Assembly: GCA_050260375.1 (NCBI GenBank)
Contig: JBLNCA010000006.1
Location: 20,559 to 84,558, forward strand
Length of the DNA: 64,000 nt
From: Burkholderiales bacterium
GTDB lineage: Bacteria > Bacillota > Clostridia > Christensenellales > SZUA-584
Direction of reading: 5' to 3'
Position 1 is the stretch's first letter. Each line of letters opens with the position of its first letter. A program made the position numbers and the translations under genes. Positions 28,979 through 38,136 of the stretch are shown piece after piece. The notes under the pieces are model-generated. The model saw nothing but the letters and a program-made list of their open reading frames with translations, had not been told where the DNA came from and made no database searches.

Positions 28979-30781
28979 TTACCCGCGGGTTGTTTTGCGC
29001 CCGGCCAGATTCAGCCGGATCACGACTTCGGTGTATTCTCCGTAAACACTGTTAAGACGTATGCCGGATTCCTCTCCGAATTTCAGCTTGATCTGGTAGT
29101 TCAGGTTGCGGAGCGCGTATCCTTTTCCGAGGGTGCTGTCCTCAAAGTTGAAATTCTCCACGCGGCGGTTCAGACGCTCCAGCGTGGCGTCGTGTATGCC
29201 TATACCGTTGTCCCGGACAATCAGCGTCACACAGCCTTCATCCTCCTTGACGGTGATGCTGATGCGCCATTCGCCGCGCTTGTTCTGAAAGCCATGCATT
29301 ATGCAATTCTCTATAACCGGCTGCAGCAGGAACTTGGGCACGCTTAAGTCGTATATGTTTTCGGGGATATCGTAAGTGAACAGTATCTTATGGTTAAGGC
29401 GTATGTTCTGAACGGTGACGTACTGCTTGGCCAGCTCGAACGCTTCGCGGAACGGCACCAGATGCTTGCCGCCCGAGAGCGCGATCCTGAAAAACCGCGA
29501 CAGCGCCATTACCAGATTGGCTATCTCCTCCTGATGATTGATCTTGGCGATACTGTATATGGACTCCAGAGAGTTGTAGAGCATATGCGGGTTTATTTCG
29601 GTTTGCAGCATCTGTATCGTGGCGATGATTTTATGGTTGTGCTCTTCGGACACGTTGCGCATCAGCGTGGATATTTCTGCCGCCATCTCGTTGAATCCCG
29701 CATATATGCTCTGGAACTCGGCATTGGGCTTTTCCAATAGCTTCACGTTGTAGTTGCCGTTTTTGATCTCCGTCATCGCCTGGGACAGCTCCCTTAACGG
29801 ATGGACCGTGGAGTAAGTGAGGAGCAGCGTGATGCCGAAGGACAAAACAATAAGGCACAACGATATTATAGGCAGCATGATGAAAATGGGGGTGATCCCT
29901 TGTACGACCGAAACAGCGTCGGTGGCGATAATATAATACCATTCGTTGCCCTGCGAATATGTCCAGTTGAGCAGGTAGTTTTTACCGTTTATCGCCAGCT
30001 CGGTATTGCCCGAATCCTGGCCGTCCAGCGCAGCAAGTATATCCCTGTACTGCGGCAGCGACTGGCCGATCTCCCCGTCTTTCATAGAGGATATCAGATT
30101 GCCGTGCCTGTCCATAATGACGGCATATGTGGGGCTTATCTGCAGGCCGGAAACGAGCAGCTGATTGATATACTGTTCCTTGACGTTGGTGGTCAGTATA
30201 ATTTCATTGTCCTCGTTGTCCGACATATAAAAGTTCTTCGATATGTTCTTCTCCTTGAAGGTGGCGCCCACCGTGGGGTTGCAGATCACATGCTCATAAT
30301 GCGTGGAAACGCCCCATTTGTTTCTGGGGAGAAAGTGGCAGTCCAGAACATTGGGGTTGATGCCTTCGAAAAAGGTCATTCTTGAGACAAGGAGCATGGA
30401 CCGGGAGGGGATGTAGAGGTAAAAGTGGTTGAACCCCCCGATGCTGTAGGTATCCACTATAAGGGAACTGTGGACGGTCACTGGATATTGCGCCACTTCA
30501 AACAGTTCAGCCCCCGTCATGTCCAGCGTGGGGTCAACAATTTTGGGCAGCTTGGCCAGAGCGATCAGCAGCGACGTGCTGGCGCCTTCCATAACCGCCA
30601 GCTTGGATTCTATGTTCTTGAAATTGGATTCAAGCGTATCCTGAATGTTGCGGGAGGCGTTTTCTTTAAGCGTATTCTGGGTGGAAGTAAACAAAACTAT
30701 ACTAAAAACCAGTACCGGAACCAATATCAAGACAGATGTGAGAACAAATAGACGGACACGGAATGCGTTAATTCTCATCAC
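28979..30781 (-). CDS. YesM/LytS-like sensor histidine kinase
   Basis: Two TM segments around an extracellular domain, HAMP, INPHMLYNSLE, LQPVIENCIMHG and DNGIGI motifs. Confidence 0.92.
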   Translation of the reverse strand: MMRINAFRVRLFVLTSVLILVPVLVFSIVLFTSTQNTLKENASRNIQDTLESNFKNIESKLAVMEGASTSLLIALAKLPKIVDPTLDMTGAELFEVAQYPVTVHSSLIVDTYSIGGFNHFYLYIPSRSMLLVSRMTFFEGINPNVLDCHFLPRNKWGVSTHYEHVICNPTVGATFKEKNISKNFYMSDNEDNEIILTTNVKEQYINQLLVSGLQISPTYAVIMDRHGNLISSMKDGEIGQSLPQYRDILAALDGQDSGNTELAINGKNYLLNWTYSQGNEWYYIIATDAVSVVQGITPIFIMLPIISLCLIVLSFGITLLLTYSTVHPLRELSQAMTEIKNGNYNVKLLEKPNAEFQSIYAGFNEMAAEISTLMRNVSEEHNHKIIATIQMLQTEINPHMLYNSLESIYSIAKINHQEEIANLVMALSRFFRIALSGGKHLVPFREAFELAKQYVTVQNIRLNHKILFTYDIPENIYDLSVPKFLLQPVIENCIMHGFQNKRGEWRISITVKEDEGCVTLIVRDNGIGIHDATLERLNRRVENFNFEDSTLGKGYALRNLNYQIKLKFGEESGIRLNSVYGEYTEVVIRLNLAGRKTTRG

Positions 30782-30850
30782 TGAAACCCCACAGTCAAGC
30801 TAAACAAACAAAGGGTAGAACATCACACCGGTTGCCGGACTTGCATAAAT

Positions 30851-30879
30851 AGCATATATTAGCCGGAGTGGATTGTCAA
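30851..30879 (-). promoter_or_regulatory. SigA promoter of the kinase/regulator operon
   Basis: TTGACA-17 bp-TATGCT on the minus strand. Confidence 0.6.
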
Positions 30880-31020
30880 CAACAGCAGCGGCAAATAGGG
30901 AGGCAGATGTGCGGTATAAAAACAAGAAGCAAAAATAATGTAATAAAAACAAAAATAGCACGTTTACAAATATAAGTGCCATAATTAAAGTGAAGATACC
31001 GGTGTATCTAACGGATCGCG

Positions 31021-31073
31021 CTGCATACGGTCAAGTGCAAATGCTTGACCAATATGCAGACGTACCTTACACT
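31021..31073 (+). promoter_or_regulatory. Promoter TTGACC-17-TACACT overlapped by a long inverted repeat
   Basis: -35 at 31045-31050, -10 at 31068-31073; inverted repeat ctgcatacggtcaag-N8-cttgaccaatatgcag at 31021-31059. Confidence 0.55.
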
Positions 31074-31253
31074 ATACGTAAGCGGGGTGGTCAAATGCCG
31101 GCTTTCACATTACCGCCCTGCAGGCAGGGCACAATATCAATATGCCAAAGGCCTGCAACAATACTTCGTTTTCTCATTGCTCGCAGACGTTAAGGAATAA
31201 TGGGTTTTAAGTGAGCGCACAGCCTCAGCCGCTCGGATTTTCATGGAGGATAT

Positions 31254-32261
31254 ATGGGGATAAAGCTTGTTTTACTGGCCGGTTTGATACTTGTTATATC
31301 CTTGACGGCGCTGGGATGCAATCAACCCTTGTCGCCCATCGCTGAGGACGTACCTCCGGCGCGTGAGCTCGATGACTTAAGCGGCAAGAAAATCGCGGCC
31401 GTTGTGCTGATTAAGGACCAGTTTCAGCGAATGCTCCAGCTCACGATGAAAAAGACGGCGGAACGCTACGGCGCGACTGTGATAGAGGGCCAGAGCGGCG
31501 GCGAACTGGACACCGAGGTCGAGCTTATAAACCAGTATGCTTCTGGCGACGTCGACGGCATATGCATATTCCCGGTCAGCCCGACGGGGTCGGCCGCTGC
31601 GCTGGAGAACGCGGCAAAGAACGGTATCACTATCTACTGCGCCAACATGAACATGGACTATGAGTGGCAGACCGGCTATGCCAAGATGGACCAGTATAAT
31701 ATCGGCGAGATCGTCGGCGAATTCTGTGCCGACTATATCAGAAAACATTTTCCGGGAAAAAAGCCCAAGACGGCCATCATACAGTTCACCGCGCTGCTGC
31801 CGGAAATGAGCGCACAGCGCACCGGCGGATTTCTGTCCAAAACGGCGGATCTGATTGAAATCGTCAAGGATGTGGACGCCTGGAATGCCGATGATTCCGT
31901 CATCGTCGCGGCGGAGATAATCAACGCGTACCCCGACCTTGAACTTATATTCTGCGCCAACGAGGGAGGCACCGTGGGCACGGTGATGGCGGTTAAAAAC
32001 GCGGGCAAATCCATTCCGGTATTCGGCATAGACATCAGCGAGCAGCTGGTAAACATGCTGCTTAATCCGGACAACATACTGCAAGCGCTGGGCGGGCAGG
32101 ACCCTATAGCGCTGGGTGAGACTTCAATGAAGAACTTGTGCCTTGCCATGATGGGCAAGGAGTATGAAACCGGGGTGGTGCTTCCCGGCATACCGCTTAC
32201 AAGAGAGGATCCGCAAGGTGCGAAGGATTATCTGAACGAGCTGCTGGGCGCGTTGAAGTAA
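31254..32261 (+). CDS. RbsB-like sugar-binding lipoprotein, possibly a sensory partner of the kinase
   Basis: Lipobox ALGC; VDGICIFP, IFCANEGG and VFGID motifs of periplasmic binding protein type I. Confidence 0.85.
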   Translation: MGIKLVLLAGLILVISLTALGCNQPLSPIAEDVPPARELDDLSGKKIAAVVLIKDQFQRMLQLTMKKTAERYGATVIEGQSGGELDTEVELINQYASGDVDGICIFPVSPTGSAAALENAAKNGITIYCANMNMDYEWQTGYAKMDQYNIGEIVGEFCADYIRKHFPGKKPKTAIIQFTALLPEMSAQRTGGFLSKTADLIEIVKDVDAWNADDSVIVAAEIINAYPDLELIFCANEGGTVGTVMAVKNAGKSIPVFGIDISEQLVNMLLNPDNILQALGGQDPIALGETSMKNLCLAMMGKEYETGVVLPGIPLTREDPQGAKDYLNELLGALK

Positions 32262-32274
32262 AGCGCGCTTCTTA

Positions 32275-32358
32275 TACGGGGGCCCCAAAAAGACATGATA
32301 CTTTTTGGGGTGTAAATACGGGGTCCCCGGCAAACCGTTAGGTTTGATGGAGTGTGAA
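32275..32358 (+). repeat. Tandem pair of the palindromic repeat, 42-bp period
   Basis: tacgggggccccaaaaag-acatgata-ctttttggggtgtaaa followed by tacggggtccccggcaaaccgttaggtttgatggagtgtgaa. Confidence 0.88.
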
Positions 32359-32456
32359 TATAAACTAAAAACTGTTATTCCGAGCCTGCCCAGGAATCCC
32401 ATAAAAGTACTGACGCCTCAATCAGAATGACAGGACAGGACACCATTTTTTTATGT

Positions 32457-32487
32457 GGGCGCACCTTAATAAGGTGCTCTTTTTTTT
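32457..32487 (+). terminator. Intrinsic terminator
   Basis: gggcgcacctt-aat-aaggtgctct followed by a T run. Confidence 0.65.
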
Positions 32488-32528
32488 ACGGGGTTCCAAA
32501 ACGACATAAGACTTGCAGAGGTGTGTAT
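32487..32528 (+). repeat. Degenerate copy of the palindromic repeat family
   Basis: tacggggttccaaaacgacataagacttgcagaggtgtgtat. Confidence 0.55.
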
Positions 32529-32589
32529 AACGGAGTGTGTATTGGGCAGGGATTCAAGCAAATAGGAAATATAAGTTTAAGAAAAATAC

Positions 32590-32710
32590 TCTAAAACAAA
32601 TATAGCAAACAAAAAACAAATTCCGCGTAATTGTAAAAAGTCTATAGCAAATATAACAAACAAAAAACAAATCCAGCCTGATTGTATAAAACGAGGCTTT
32701 ACTCTAAAAT
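32590..32710 (+). promoter_or_regulatory. Two ~51-bp tandem units with CAAAT motifs 20 bp apart, abutting promoter TTGTAT-17-TAAAAT
   Basis: Units at 32590-32640 and 32641-32692; CAAAT at 32597/32617 and 32648/32668; -35 at 32682-32687, -10 at 32705-32710. Confidence 0.6.
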
Positions 32711-32907
32711 GGTATCGTTCCAATAGAAAATAATTTCACCCTCTGAAATATTTGTCCTTGCAGAAATACGGGCGACCCGTATGTGTGATTAGTGTTGCAA
32801 AAAACCCGAATAAGCCGGAAAGGCGATGAAAAGTACAAAAAATGACAGGTGTTGAATCGCGGCAGCCTATAGCCGTTTCAAAATAACTAAAAGGAAGGAG
32901 CCAAGAG

Positions 32908-34434
32908 ATGCCCGAAAGTGATTTCTTAATTGAAATTAAGAACGTGACAAAGACTTTCGGCGGGGTCGTCCGCGCGCTTGATGATATCAGCCTGGGCATA
33001 CGTAAAAATGAGATTGTCGGCGTTGTCGGGGAAAACGGGGCGGGAAAATCGACGCTGATGAAGATACTCGCGGGGGTATTCCCGCCTGACTGCGGAAAGC
33101 TGTTGTACAAGGGGAAGGAGGTGCCTTTTCCCAAGAGCCCAAAGGAGGCCGCCAAGAGAGGTATAGGCATCGTTTATCAGGAAAAAGGCGTGGTGTCGTG
33201 TCTTAAGGTTTATCAGTTTCTGTTCCTGGGGAATGAGGAATGCTTTAAGAAGGCCAAGACGCTGCAGATCAAAAAAATGAAAGAGTATGCCGCGGAAGTG
33301 ATCAAGGAATTCCGCATCCGCTGCTCCATAGACGATTATATGTATGCGTTGCCGCTGTCGACCCAGAAGATGATCGAGATAGCCCGTGCTATAGTAAGCC
33401 TCCGGCTGGAGCACGGCGAAGGGGTGGATATGGTGATCATTCTGGATGAGCCGACCGCCCCGCTGACGATAGAGGAACGCCAGGAGCTGTTCAAGCAAAT
33501 AATCGCCATGAAAAGCAGCGCTTCCTTCGTATTCGTCTCCCATATCATGAACGAGGTCATGGAGTTTACGGACAGAATACACGTGCTGCGGGACGGCAAG
33601 GTGGTCGCCGGCTACGACATGAAGAAGGAGAGCCTGTCGGAGGAGGACCTGTTCAGGGTCATCGTCGGCAAGGAGTCGGTGGATCTGGAGAAGGGCAAGG
33701 TCCGTAAACCGGTTGAGTCAGGCGAGGTAATGCTCAAAGCGGATAACCTTACGAAGGATGGCAGCTATTATGACGTTTCTTTCGAGCTGCATAAAGGCGA
33801 ATGCATCGGGCTGTTCGGACCGACGGGCGCAGGGCAGAGCGAGCTGCTGCGCTCGATAGCGGGGCTTACAGGCTTCGATAAAGGCGTGCTGCATATAAAC
33901 GGCAGGAGAGCCAGGGCTAAGGAGCCGCCGCATGTACGGCTGAAAAGAAACGTTGGTTACTTTTCGGGCGAGACCGGAAAAGAGCTCTTCTTAAACTGGT
34001 CCATCGCCAAGAACATCTCGATACTCAACATCCACAAAATAAGACGGAAGCTGACTCGCATCATCAATTTCGGGGCGGAAAAGAAGATGGCTGAGGAGAT
34101 CATCGGCAACCTGCGGATCAAGGCGCCCAGCTATCGCTCCGAGTGCTACTCGTTAAGCGGCGGCAACAAGCAGAAGGTGTCCGTCGGCAAATGGTTTGAA
34201 AGGAACCCGGATATATTCCTGATGGAAGGCCCGACCATCGGTATCGACGTGGGCGCCAGAACGGATATATATGAAGCCACGCTGAAGATGAAGGAGCGGG
34301 GGATATCCATGATACTGGTGAGCGACGATCCCAAGGAATATTCCCTGCTGTGCGACAGGATCATCTATTTCCGGAACGGCAGAATAAACTCCGTCCTCAG
34401 CATGGAGCAATTCAACGAGGTGATATCGATATGA
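32908..34434 (+). CDS. Sugar ABC transporter ATP-binding protein (CUT2, two NBDs)
   Basis: GENGAGKST, LDEPTA, LSGGNKQKV and GIDVGA motifs. Confidence 0.93.
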   Translation: MPESDFLIEIKNVTKTFGGVVRALDDISLGIRKNEIVGVVGENGAGKSTLMKILAGVFPPDCGKLLYKGKEVPFPKSPKEAAKRGIGIVYQEKGVVSCLKVYQFLFLGNEECFKKAKTLQIKKMKEYAAEVIKEFRIRCSIDDYMYALPLSTQKMIEIARAIVSLRLEHGEGVDMVIILDEPTAPLTIEERQELFKQIIAMKSSASFVFVSHIMNEVMEFTDRIHVLRDGKVVAGYDMKKESLSEEDLFRVIVGKESVDLEKGKVRKPVESGEVMLKADNLTKDGSYYDVSFELHKGECIGLFGPTGAGQSELLRSIAGLTGFDKGVLHINGRRARAKEPPHVRLKRNVGYFSGETGKELFLNWSIAKNISILNIHKIRRKLTRIINFGAEKKMAEEIIGNLRIKAPSYRSECYSLSGGNKQKVSVGKWFERNPDIFLMEGPTIGIDVGARTDIYEATLKMKERGISMILVSDDPKEYSLLCDRIIYFRNGRINSVLSMEQFNEVISI

Positions 34435-35402
34435 AAAACAATGTTTTCCGGAATGTATTCTCGGCCGTGTTCAAATCGTTTAAGGCTTATCCGGTGCTGC
34501 TGATTTTCATAATATTGTTCGCTGGCTTTTCGGCATTGTATTCGGATAGGTTTCTGACAGGACTGAACATAGAAGCCATGCTCAAGCAGTTCGTCAGGCT
34601 GATGCTGTTTGCGATAGGGCCGTCCATCGTAATGACCACCGGCTCGCTTGACCTCACGTTTGTGGGTATATGGATGCTGGGCGGCGCGCTCGTGTGGCTG
34701 CTGGGCCCGGTCGTCGGGCTCGCTGCCATACTCGCGTTTCCTATACTGGGCGTGCTCACGGGGCTGATGGTCGGTGTGATACAGGCCAAGGCCCGCATCC
34801 CCTCGTTCATACTCACGCTGAGCGTGATGATCACCTACTGGGGCGTCACTGCGCTGCTGTCCGAAGGATACTCGCGGTCCGTAACAGGGTACGAATTCCT
34901 GACGGCTAAACTGATGCCCGTGATACCCACCGCGCTGCTCTGGACTATCCCGATACTGGCAGTCGCCATATTCCTGATGAAGCGGACCGTGCTGGGGCCG
35001 TACTTCTACGCGATAGGCGCCAATGAAGAGGGCGCTCACATGGCAGGCATACGGGTGAACAGGTTCAAGATGCTCGTGTTCACGATAAGCGGTCTGTTCA
35101 CCGGCATCAGCTCTATAGTGCTGTTCCAGCATCTGGGCGGTTCGATACCGGTCGAGCTGAACTTAAGCACGATGAACGAACCGCTTGTGGCGATCATACT
35201 GGGCGGTACGCCGCTGATGGGCGGCACCGGCGGCCCGCAGCGTACTATACTCGGCGCAATCACATTAACTGTGCTCATGCGCGGGCTGAATGTCGCGATG
35301 CTGCCGCCTCAGGCCATAGAACTGCTGGTGGGCCTGATGCTTATAGTATCGATAATCGTGGGGTCGAGAAGCCTCAATAAAGCAGGGACGGAGGTAACAT
35401 GA
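34431..35402 (+). CDS. Sugar ABC transporter permease
   Basis: GSLDL, IPSFILTL, YAIGANEEGAHMAGI and AIILGGT motifs. Confidence 0.9.
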   Translation: MKNNVFRNVFSAVFKSFKAYPVLLIFIILFAGFSALYSDRFLTGLNIEAMLKQFVRLMLFAIGPSIVMTTGSLDLTFVGIWMLGGALVWLLGPVVGLAAILAFPILGVLTGLMVGVIQAKARIPSFILTLSVMITYWGVTALLSEGYSRSVTGYEFLTAKLMPVIPTALLWTIPILAVAIFLMKRTVLGPYFYAIGANEEGAHMAGIRVNRFKMLVFTISGLFTGISSIVLFQHLGGSIPVELNLSTMNEPLVAIILGGTPLMGGTGGPQRTILGAITLTVLMRGLNVAMLPPQAIELLVGLMLIVSIIVGSRSLNKAGTEVT

Positions 35403-36379
35403 TGAAACAAGCGGCATGCGACGGCAAACCCGTTAAATTAAGGCGCTGGACCGAAGACAACATGTCTCTCATCATTTCGATTGCAGCGATGTTCGTGCTT
35501 ATAATCGGCTTCCAGCTCATTAATCCTTACTTCCTGCAGTATCAGGGCATAATTTCGCTTGTCTATGCGATGTCCTACTTCCTGATCGCTGCGTGCGGGC
35601 TCACCTTTGTGATAATGATGGGGTCTTTCGACTTCTCTGTGGTGAGCGTACTGAAATTCTCGGCGCTGCTGTGCGTCACGTACATTGACAAGATAGGCCT
35701 GTGGGTGGTGCCGGCGGCGCTGCTTGTGAGCGTGCTTATAGGCTTTATCAACGGCATCATATTCACAAAGCTGAAAGTCCCTTCCTTCCTGGTCACACTG
35801 GGCATCTCCATCGTGATCGACGGCGTGGCGCTGTATATGTCCCAGGGCTTCCTGCTAATGATGGAAAACGAGGTGTTCAGAAGCCTGTCCATTACGTTTA
35901 TCGGCGGTCTGCCGTCCATATTCTACTGGGCGATCGCGGTGCTTATTATCTGCACGCTAATCACGCTGATCACTCCGTTCGGGCGGCGCATATTGGCAAT
36001 AGGCGGAAACCCGGTGGCGGCTGCACATTCAGGCATCAACGTCGGCCGTATGCGCGTTGCAGTGTTTATGCTGTCCAGCCTGCTGGCGGGCCTGGCCGGC
36101 ATACTCTACATGGCGCAGTGGGGGGGCGGTTCCGTGGCTATCGGCGCGGACATGACGCTGCCGCTGTTTGCCAGCGTCGTGGCCGGCGGAACAGCGCTTT
36201 CCGGCGGCGTGGGCGGGCCTCACAGAACGCTGCTTGGCGTCATCATCATCACGTGGACGCAGACCGGCCTGCTGACGATGGGTTTCGGGCAGGATATTCA
36301 GGTCATCGTCTTCGGGGTTATAGCCATCACAATGAGCATCGTGACCACCGACAGGAAGAAAATCAAGATAATCAAATAG
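35399..36379 (+). CDS. Sugar ABC transporter permease
   Basis: GSFDFS, VPSFLVTLG, AIGGNPVAAAHSGI and VVAGGTALSGG motifs. Confidence 0.9.
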   Translation: MMKQAACDGKPVKLRRWTEDNMSLIISIAAMFVLIIGFQLINPYFLQYQGIISLVYAMSYFLIAACGLTFVIMMGSFDFSVVSVLKFSALLCVTYIDKIGLWVVPAALLVSVLIGFINGIIFTKLKVPSFLVTLGISIVIDGVALYMSQGFLLMMENEVFRSLSITFIGGLPSIFYWAIAVLIICTLITLITPFGRRILAIGGNPVAAAHSGINVGRMRVAVFMLSSLLAGLAGILYMAQWGGGSVAIGADMTLPLFASVVAGGTALSGGVGGPHRTLLGVIIITWTQTGLLTMGFGQDIQVIVFGVIAITMSIVTTDRKKIKIIK

Positions 36380-36452
36380 CGGTACATCAACAGGCACAAC
36401 GATTGTCCGTCCTGCAAAAGGCAGACGGCTAAAATAAATACGGAGGTGGACA

Positions 36453-37985
36453 ATGAAAAAGAAATTGCTTTTGTTGGTTGTCATGCTGTTGGTCGTCAGC
36501 ATGGTCGTGTCCTTCATGGGCTGCACGCCCCAGCCGGCGGAAACCCCGGCACCGGCGGATACGTCAGCGGGAGATAAACCCGCTCCGGCAGATCAGCCCA
36601 CTTCGGCAGATCAGCCCGTAGACGAAGAGATTGATTTTAACAATCTCGTGGTACCCGAGGACGAAGCCGGCAAGGAAGAGCTGCGCATGAAGCTGGCTCA
36701 AAAGTATAAAAATGCAGAGCCCGGCGAGAGCTTCCTCGTGGGGCACATCACGTTCCAGCTTGAGCAGGAATACGCCATGATGGTGCTGCAGGCCAACAAG
36801 CAGGCTGCCGAGCAGCTGGGCCTCAAATTCCAGAGCGCTCTGGCTACCTCAGACGCGGAATGGATAGAGATCACCCAGAGCATGATCGCGTCCGGTGCGA
36901 AGGCACTTACGCTGAACTGCCCGTCGATGACGGCGATGCCTGAGATCGCACGGCTTTGCGAGGAAAATAAGGTGTTCCTCGCCACTTACTTCGGTTATAC
37001 GGCCGACATTTTCCCCGGCGACTTTGGTCCGTACTGGGTGCTGGACAACACGCCGATGTCGGATGAGCAGACGTTCTATCCGCTGATGGTGCTGATGGAG
37101 AAAATGAAGCAGAACGGCAAGACCAAGCTGCTGCATCATCAGGCCAGCAAGACGGCGGCGACTGTGTCCACGGTGTACATCAATCTGGGCGTCTACCAGG
37201 CGTGGAAACATTATCCGGAAATCCAGCTGCTGGGGCATCAATACGGTGAGTGGGGCTACGAAGGCGGACGCGCCGCGGCGGAAGCTTCCCTGGCTGTTCG
37301 GACTGACTATGAAGGCTTCTGGGGCGCCAACGACTCGCAGACCACCGGTGCTCTGAGGGCGCTGGAAGACCGCGGCCTCAACATCGGAACGTATACAGTC
37401 TCCCGTGATATGGAGATGACGACGGCACAGGATATCATCGATAACAAATTCCTCGCCACCTGCGGCTTCGCGATTCCGTACTTCGGCGGACGCATGGTCT
37501 CCATGCTGTACGATATGTGCGTGGGCGAGTGGTATCCGCTGCCTGACGAGCGGCTCCAGACAGCGAAAATGGATGTTTACGGCAATGACGAGCTCGCGGC
37601 TTTGGCGACGGCATCCGGCATCGACAAATATCCTGGCTATAACGCCGGACCGACCAAGGACAATCTTGAAAAGATATTGACCCAGATGAAGTCGAGCAAT
37701 CCGCAGTACCCGTACGACTTCAGGCTGATATCGCTGTCCAAATGCAAGGAGGAAGGTCTGACATATGACCGTCACGCCGGCGGCGGAACGGAGCTCGGAC
37801 AGCACGATTACTATTACGTGCTGCAGCTCAAGAAATTCGGCGATCTGGATACTCTTAAAGCGCACCTGGCGGCGTTGTACGAGCATTTCCTCGACTTCAG
37901 CTGGGCGACCACCTGGGAAGAGGCTGAGGAGTATTCCAAGAAATTCCCGCCGACGCTGAAAATCGAACCCAACTGGGAGAGTTAG
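36453..37985 (+). CDS. Unusually long sugar ABC substrate-binding lipoprotein
   Basis: Lipobox FMGC, Pro/Ala/Asp-rich tether, GFWGANDSQTTGALRAL motif; last transport gene of the operon. Confidence 0.78.
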   Translation: MKKKLLLLVVMLLVVSMVVSFMGCTPQPAETPAPADTSAGDKPAPADQPTSADQPVDEEIDFNNLVVPEDEAGKEELRMKLAQKYKNAEPGESFLVGHITFQLEQEYAMMVLQANKQAAEQLGLKFQSALATSDAEWIEITQSMIASGAKALTLNCPSMTAMPEIARLCEENKVFLATYFGYTADIFPGDFGPYWVLDNTPMSDEQTFYPLMVLMEKMKQNGKTKLLHHQASKTAATVSTVYINLGVYQAWKHYPEIQLLGHQYGEWGYEGGRAAAEASLAVRTDYEGFWGANDSQTTGALRALEDRGLNIGTYTVSRDMEMTTAQDIIDNKFLATCGFAIPYFGGRMVSMLYDMCVGEWYPLPDERLQTAKMDVYGNDELAALATASGIDKYPGYNAGPTKDNLEKILTQMKSSNPQYPYDFRLISLSKCKEEGLTYDRHAGGGTELGQHDYYYVLQLKKFGDLDTLKAHLAALYEHFLDFSWATTWEEAEEYSKKFPPTLKIEPNWES

Positions 37986-38057
37986 TAGCTTTTTAAACAA
38001 CCACCAGCAAAAGGCAAGCGCTCCCCCTCTGTATTAAGAGGGGGGGGAGCCTTGCAA

Positions 38058-38100
38058 TATGGGGTCCCCAGAAAGACGTGAGGCTTTTTGGGGTGTGAAT
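38058..38100 (+). repeat. Copy of the palindromic repeat family
   Basis: tatggggtccccagaaag-acgtgagg-ctttttggggtgtgaat, just after a GC-rich hairpin at about 38013-38055. Confidence 0.88.
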
Positions 38101-38136
38101 TTGTGTTCGTAAACCTATTAGTTGGAGGATAATACG

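Noticed and set aside
33800..34260. Degenerate Walker motifs in the second NBD of the ABC ATPase as a sign of pseudogenisation
   Set aside because: One degenerate site is normal for CUT2 double-NBD ATPases and the frame is intact.
36849..38000. 383-aa antisense ORF and many similar shadow ORFs across the window
   Set aside because: They lie opposite well-supported genes, lack RBS or motifs, and are expected from codon bias.
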